Origin: a virus
Lineage: Duplodnaviria > Caudoviricetes
DNA length: 57,917 bases
Direction: 5' to 3' (one strand)
Virus record (IMG/VR): IMGVR_UViG_3300042389_000654
Coordinates: 1 to 57,917 of that record
Below are positions 54,001-57,917 of this stretch, in pieces. Positions within the stretch are counted from its first letter, which is position 1; each line of letters begins with the position of its first letter. The notes beneath the pieces were generated by a model that worked only from the letters and a program-made list of their open reading frames with translations, did no database searches and was not told the origin of the DNA. Position numbers and translations under genes: made by a program.

Positions 54001-55331
54001 TCATCATCAAACAAAGATATTTGTCCATTAGAAGCTAATAGCTGTCCAACTGGTAAAGATGTTATACCTATATCAGAAAGCGCCTTTGTAATTTTAAAAT
54101 CTATTACTTTATCTGAAATATCTACTGCTAATCTTGGTGACATTTCAATTAAATCAAATGTTGAGTCAAACTTATTCATAGTGCTTACTACAATTCTAAT
54201 TCCAGAGATATATGAGAATTCACGGTAAGTTGTTCCACCATCTATGTCGTTATTAAAAGAATCTGGAGATGTAAGGTCAGTAACAAAGTTTGTATTATTT
54301 ACAACTTCTTCCGATCCTAGCTGCCATCCATATTGTGGTATAAATGAAGAATATTCTCCATTATTCCATATATAGAATAATCCACGATTTCCACTATTGT
54401 TTATTACAAGATATGCGTATCCCTCTAGGCTTGATTCTGGTAAAAGGGAATCTGAAGATAGTCTGTCTGCAAAGACAAAACTGTTTTTATATTCTTCTGG
54501 GATTATTAATCCATACTCTAATTCCAAATACCCGTCATTATCAACTATAGGTTCTCCAGATTCACGAAGATCATTTTCATTAAAAACATAAGCATCTATC
54601 CAGTTGTTATTTTTAAGATATTGAATTTTCCATCTTTTCGGAACCGTTTTGTTGGCTTCTCCAAAAAGCGGATCTATAGTAGTAGAAGATGAATTTCTAA
54701 ATGGACCCAAATCAACATCTCCCACATTTGTTTGCATTTTTACAACAATTCTGTTTGTTGGAACCGCTTCCTTATATACTACAAATGGAACAGCATCATC
54801 AATATAGTTTAATCCATTAGATATATTTTTTGCAATACCACGTTCAATATTGTTTTCAGTTCTGTATGATGTCCAATACTTAAACTCATCATATCTTGAA
54901 GGCATATAGTATCTTGGTCTTTGTGCCATTGAAGCACCAGAGTTTGCAAGAAATCTATTATTAAAATATAATGGCTTGTTAATTCCTGATCTTGGTCTAA
55001 ATGGCTTTAAACAATCTTCTAGTGAATAAATCATTTTCATTTTATCTTTATTTAAAGTAAACTTTTGTGGGATATTTAAATTATCAAATCCACCATCAAT
55101 TATAATATCTGCATCTGTGGCATTAGTATAGTAGTTACCTGAGTCTAAAGAATCAAACGCATCTGGTAATGTGTGGTATTGAGATCCAGGGGTAGTTGGA
55201 CGATATCGATAGTTTCCAAGTTTTTGAATATTATCTGGCATATTCATATTCCACTCAGCCAAGACTAATGATTCTAGCCTTACGGTTGAAGATGTTTCTA
55301 GATGTGTCTTTAATGCCTCACTAACAAACAC
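51024..55331 (-). CDS. large minor tail / baseplate-hub protein
   Basis: 1435 aa, two genes after the tape measure; C-terminal PTLQLGDIVTL. Confidence 0.7.
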   Translation of the reverse strand: MFVSEALKTHLETSSTVRLESLVLAEWNMNMPDNIQKLGNYRYRPTTPGSQYHTLPDAFDSLDSGNYYTNATDADIIIDGGFDNLNIPQKFTLNKDKMKMIYSLEDCLKPFRPRSGINKPLYFNNRFLANSGASMAQRPRYYMPSRYDEFKYWTSYRTENNIERGIAKNISNGLNYIDDAVPFVVYKEAVPTNRIVVKMQTNVGDVDLGPFRNSSSTTIDPLFGEANKTVPKRWKIQYLKNNNWIDAYVFNENDLRESGEPIVDNDGYLELEYGLIIPEEYKNSFVFADRLSSDSLLPESSLEGYAYLVINNSGNRGLFYIWNNGEYSSFIPQYGWQLGSEEVVNNTNFVTDLTSPDSFNNDIDGGTTYREFSYISGIRIVVSTMNKFDSTFDLIEMSPRLAVDISDKVIDFKITKALSDIGITSLPVGQLLASNGQISLFDDDQAFNEQNINSIISKYVRKNIKFNFYETVLNVDGFDYYIPIKTLYSEGFPQADVTAGTLSIDLRDFFFFLESMPAPRLLTTQSSLSYAITTLLDYIGFSNYTFKRISGESDPIIPYFFVAPDQNVAEVLSQLAIATQTAMFFDEYNNFVVMSKDYLMPTEEQRITDFVISGNNNQTDTGVIENSTSGNLPNIISIASKDKKIYNDGKINYTTRYIQRSYGSIRQSNLVDQEKTWIYKPALLWEVSGTENTKTINELASKQGSYVLGAMPLNSNLTDVAPTVVNHNVINNIIDLGENIYWLTRYQGYLYSNGEIIRYDAAEFNITGTGNVWISDNQEYQKYFSSLPFNGKIYPTGLIRIFSTPYYEVIDGVTRLQNGNVVEHGRSQFGTPISLHTAGINSYWSNNEYVRGCDMESSYMFTTVLDENVTYPPTSSGAAGINNALARQTTRNGIIKNFMSTNYLTETAVNNLKSTTSGTVQSSALVMNGPSFKTTETPLNFVSYVYKELDNAYKHFGTRMRIVGKIENNITRTQTPIGSTTYYQTSGTQTDQSVNIGGGSGGLALLLNPETNNGYYFEIIALTEDNINSYLKIDNKGNAEKSINNIVFYKIKKESSSNKAIPIKLWGGLSKILVDDGRFTGQYRMASEENTTVYDLSVEYQDVGKTRRFYLYINNQLIKIVDDTDPLPIYNNMAIFTRGSSRCMFENIFALSHNPANLSFATGETLGSSLSDVEVSDSESYRKYGMSGMVKSTYFSGLSSQQPPKYNMYFEEFGSIMRECAYFDIRYDRAYPALYSQISPTFNRIKGYSVSGFQADSYGAEFLIFNSTDKALSLDETTGNYLRIQGITFTQDTTHELTVDDYFKKRGNLSDPEFKGDSLIYSPLLEKLKYDEIRQSRMIYGKNEFSIESLYIQTDDDANALMGWIINKLMKPKKSIGIDMFAIPTLQLGDIVTLDYKDSSGLNLISSDTDRFVVYNIEYTRNNDGPNMSVYLSEV

Positions 55332-55332
55332 C

Positions 55333-55968
55333 CTAGACCTCTTCCAGAGTTACCGAAATATTCCAAAGATCATGATTAGACCCACCACGTTTTGTAACGG
55401 TATAACTAAAATCTGCAAAGTAAACTTGTATAATTTGATTATATTGTGCTAAATGTCCATATGCTGCATCGTCTTTTCCAAAGTTAGAATATTTATCATA
55501 AGCTAAATACATCCAAAATGGTCCAGGATGGTTTTCATACCAGTCTAATATTTCTACTCCACCAGCTCCACCATCGGAAGTAAATTCTCCATTACCACCT
55601 TTATATGGAGATACTCCAGAAGCATTAAATGATGGGTCTTGATAATATGATCTTGATGGTAGGTTGTTCCAAGATAGATTCATAGTTAATTTATCTGCAA
55701 TATGATAAGACCTCATCCTGCCATTAATTGTTCTTTGACGCTGCTCTATTCTAGTTGGGTTAAATTGAAGTTCCCCACGATTATGATCAGACAGCACTAG
55801 GAACTGGTTTATAAGGGCTTCATCGGTCTCTGGTGGCACCTCTGAGCCTATTTCATAGCCTGTTGGTAAATAAACTCCATCTGCTAAGGTCCCAGGGTTC
55901 TCAGACCATAAAAGGGCTTGTGGGCGCTGATATCTACGTCTGCCTGTTAAGTATGCTGCGGTAGCCAT
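55333..55968 (-). CDS. distal tail protein-like
   Basis: Directly after the tape measure; RTINGRMRSY...WNISVTLEEV. Confidence 0.65.
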   Translation of the reverse strand: MATAAYLTGRRRYQRPQALLWSENPGTLADGVYLPTGYEIGSEVPPETDEALINQFLVLSDHNRGELQFNPTRIEQRQRTINGRMRSYHIADKLTMNLSWNNLPSRSYYQDPSFNASGVSPYKGGNGEFTSDGGAGGVEILDWYENHPGPFWMYLAYDKYSNFGKDDAAYGHLAQYNQIIQVYFADFSYTVTKRGGSNHDLWNISVTLEEV

Positions 55969-57917
55969 TATCTCTGTCCTCTAATTCTTTGTGCATCAAT
56001 ATATTTAATCTGACCAATAACTGCATTTGCAATATCGTTAGGATTTGCATTTGATTGTGGAACTGTAATTCCAATATTATAATTATACATGGCACTAGAG
56101 TTATCTACTACACTATTCATTCCAGAAGACACTTTGTCATAAGATCCTAAATTTGACATTTTAAAGCTTGGGCTATTCATTGCTGAAAGCATTGGTCCAA
56201 ATTTATCTACAGCAGATTTTCTCATTACAAATTCTCCTGGAGTTAACATGGCTGGAACTGTATCGGTTCCCCTTGAGAGTCCGCCCTTAGCAAAATATTT
56301 AGGAACTAGTCCACCTAAAGATAGGTATCCTGTATTCATAGCTCTAACCATTTCTGCTTCTGTCATGAGCGCAATACCTTCCTCTGTTGCTTTCTTTATT
56401 TCTTCTGCTCGCTTGCTACCTTGGCCACCGCCTCCGCCTCCACCAGAAGTTGTATTAACTGTGTTAATAGTTAAGGTTATATTCTTATCTTTAATATCTT
56501 CCCAGAGTTTTTTAATTGTATTAACTATACTTTCTGCAATCTTAAATCTTTCACTAGTTTTATCTGCTTCAAACCCTGCTTTTTGAATTGCAAGTTTTTG
56601 GTTTTCCCATGCTGTCCTTGCTGTATCAATGTTTTCAATTCTTATTCTTAAAGCTTCTGTAATTGGTTCTAATTCTTTTTTACTAAGATTATAATTTTTA
56701 TCTTGTAAGTCTCTAATGCTAGCAAGAATTGGCAATCTAGCTTGTTCAAGGCTATATATTTTTTCTTCAATTTGTGTTCTTGTAAGTCCACCAACTGTTA
56801 GACCTGCAAGTTCTGCTTCTCTTGCTGCTTGAAGTGCTTCAGAGCTTTTTTCCATTGCGTTTTGTGCTGCTTCTGCTCTCATTTCTTGTGCAGCACGAGC
56901 AGCAGCTGCTATATCTCCTTGTGATAAAGCATCTGCAAGAGTTAGTCTTCCTTGTTCTTGTTGTGAAATTTCTTCATTAACTTTAGATATTTTTTCGAGT
57001 GCTTTTTCTTGTGCATCATATTTATCGTTAATACCCTGAGCAGCCTTATCCATTATTGCTAAATCTTGATTAAATTTTTCAATTGGCCTATCATAGTTTT
57101 CTTCAATTGTGCGTTGCATACCTTCAATTAATTTATCATTAACTTCTATAAGTTTTTCAATTCTATCAATTTCTGGTTTAGCAGCAGCACGAGCTTCTTT
57201 TTCAAGGAAGTCATAATATTTCATAGCCTTGTCCATTTCAACATCAAAGGCTTTTTCTGGATCAGTTTCTTCTAATGTTTTTTGAACCTCAAGTTTCATA
57301 TTTTTATATTCAGCAATCATTCTTCTGATTTCTACAGGATTTTTTTGTGCAGCAAGAGAAGTTGCAAAGATTGAATCAGCAAGCATTTCTTGAGCGTCTG
57401 CAGTTTCAACTCCAGCAGCCTTTAATTTAATGAAAGCATCTCTTTGCTTAATTGATTCATTAATTACTTGTGCACTTTGAGCACTAAATAATCCTAATTG
57501 TTTTTCGTCATAAGCCTTTTTTGCAGCTTTTCCAAATTCTCCGTAGGAAACAACTCCCTTTTTATTAATCTTAATAATTTTTTGTTCAACAGCATTTTCT
57601 AATCCACCAACAAAATCAATAAAATCAGAGTTAGCGCCAAGTTTGGATAGTTGTTGATCAATACCATTAAATGCTTTTAGGTCTTTTGCCCCACCAAGAA
57701 TACGCATAAGTTCTTTAGCTCCACCTTGAGCATCAATTGTTGCATTCCTTGTTCGCTTTAGGTCTTGTAAAATATTTGCAAAAACTGATTTTTTAACAGA
57801 GCCATCATCATTGTCGTCGTCCCTTTTAAATGGAATTTCATTAAGAGCGCCAACTCCTGATTGAGCAAGTAATGCACCTGCAACTGCTGGAGCATTTGGA
57901 ACTTTTTTACCATCTTT
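55968..57917 (-). CDS. tape measure protein (3' part; 5' end outside the window)
   Basis: Long helical Ala/Glu/Lys-rich ORF; FAKGG...TDTVPAMLTPGEFV motif; frame appears to stay open to the window edge. Confidence 0.8.
   Translation of the reverse strand, partial: KDGKKVPNAPAVAGALLAQSGVGALNEIPFKRDDDNDDGSVKKSVFANILQDLKRTRNATIDAQGGAKELMRILGGAKDLKAFNGIDQQLSKLGANSDFIDFVGGLENAVEQKIIKINKKGVVSYGEFGKAAKKAYDEKQLGLFSAQSAQVINESIKQRDAFIKLKAAGVETADAQEMLADSIFATSLAAQKNPVEIRRMIAEYKNMKLEVQKTLEETDPEKAFDVEMDKAMKYYDFLEKEARAAAKPEIDRIEKLIEVNDKLIEGMQRTIEENYDRPIEKFNQDLAIMDKAAQGINDKYDAQEKALEKISKVNEEISQQEQGRLTLADALSQGDIAAAARAAQEMRAEAAQNAMEKSSEALQAAREAELAGLTVGGLTRTQIEEKIYSLEQARLPILASIRDLQDKNYNLSKKELEPITEALRIRIENIDTARTAWENQKLAIQKAGFEADKTSERFKIAESIVNTIKKLWEDIKDKNITLTINTVNTTSGGGGGGGQGSKRAEEIKKATEEGIALMTEAEMVRAMNTGYLSLGGLVPKYFAKGGLSRGTDTVPAMLTPGEFVMRKSAVDKFGPMLSAMNSPSFKMSNLGSYDKVSSGMNSVVDNSSAMYNYNIGITVPQSNANPNDIANAVIGQIKYIDAQRIRGQR

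Noticed and set aside
1-57917. Alternative genetic code or stop-codon reassignment
   Set aside because: Core genes are intact in code 11; TAA, TAG and TGA all end genes; no suppressor tRNA seen

Overview
A 57.9-kb, AT-rich, gene-dense fragment of a large tailed dsDNA phage (Caudoviricetes). The host is most likely an actinobacterium: the phage carries WhiB, uses many leaderless promoters, and encodes secreted proteins resembling those of freshwater acI/Nanopelagicales (my recollection, unverified). Bases 1-16.5 kb are mainly + strand. They hold small early-type genes, DUF932, tRNA-Asp, a ~1-kb largely non-coding repeat region with three perfect DnaA boxes (candidate origin), a sulfotransferase-like gene, SSB, an endonuclease VII overlapping a tRNA(CAT), three 2OG-Fe(II) oxygenases, and a Stealth-like/glycosyltransferase/FkbM cluster. 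Bases 16.6-57.9 kb are - strand. They hold a holin-like gene, a luciferase-like monooxygenase, an APS-kinase/nucleotidyltransferase fusion, a PnuC-like gene, WhiB, thioredoxin, a nuclease, a CHAP endolysin, HNH, Hsp20, tRNA-Asn, an Ntn protease, three large secreted proteins, terminase, recombination/replication genes (RuvC, Cas4-like, RecA, DnaE, SSB, primase, DnaB), tail genes and the 3' part of the tape measure gene. The best candidates for an undescribed system are (i) a dispersed sulfation plus glycosylation pathway paired with phage-encoded surface proteins, (ii) an origin/control region combining DnaA boxes with inverted iteron-like repeats, and (iii) two candidate structured RNAs. All family calls come from motifs recognised by eye; no searches were run.
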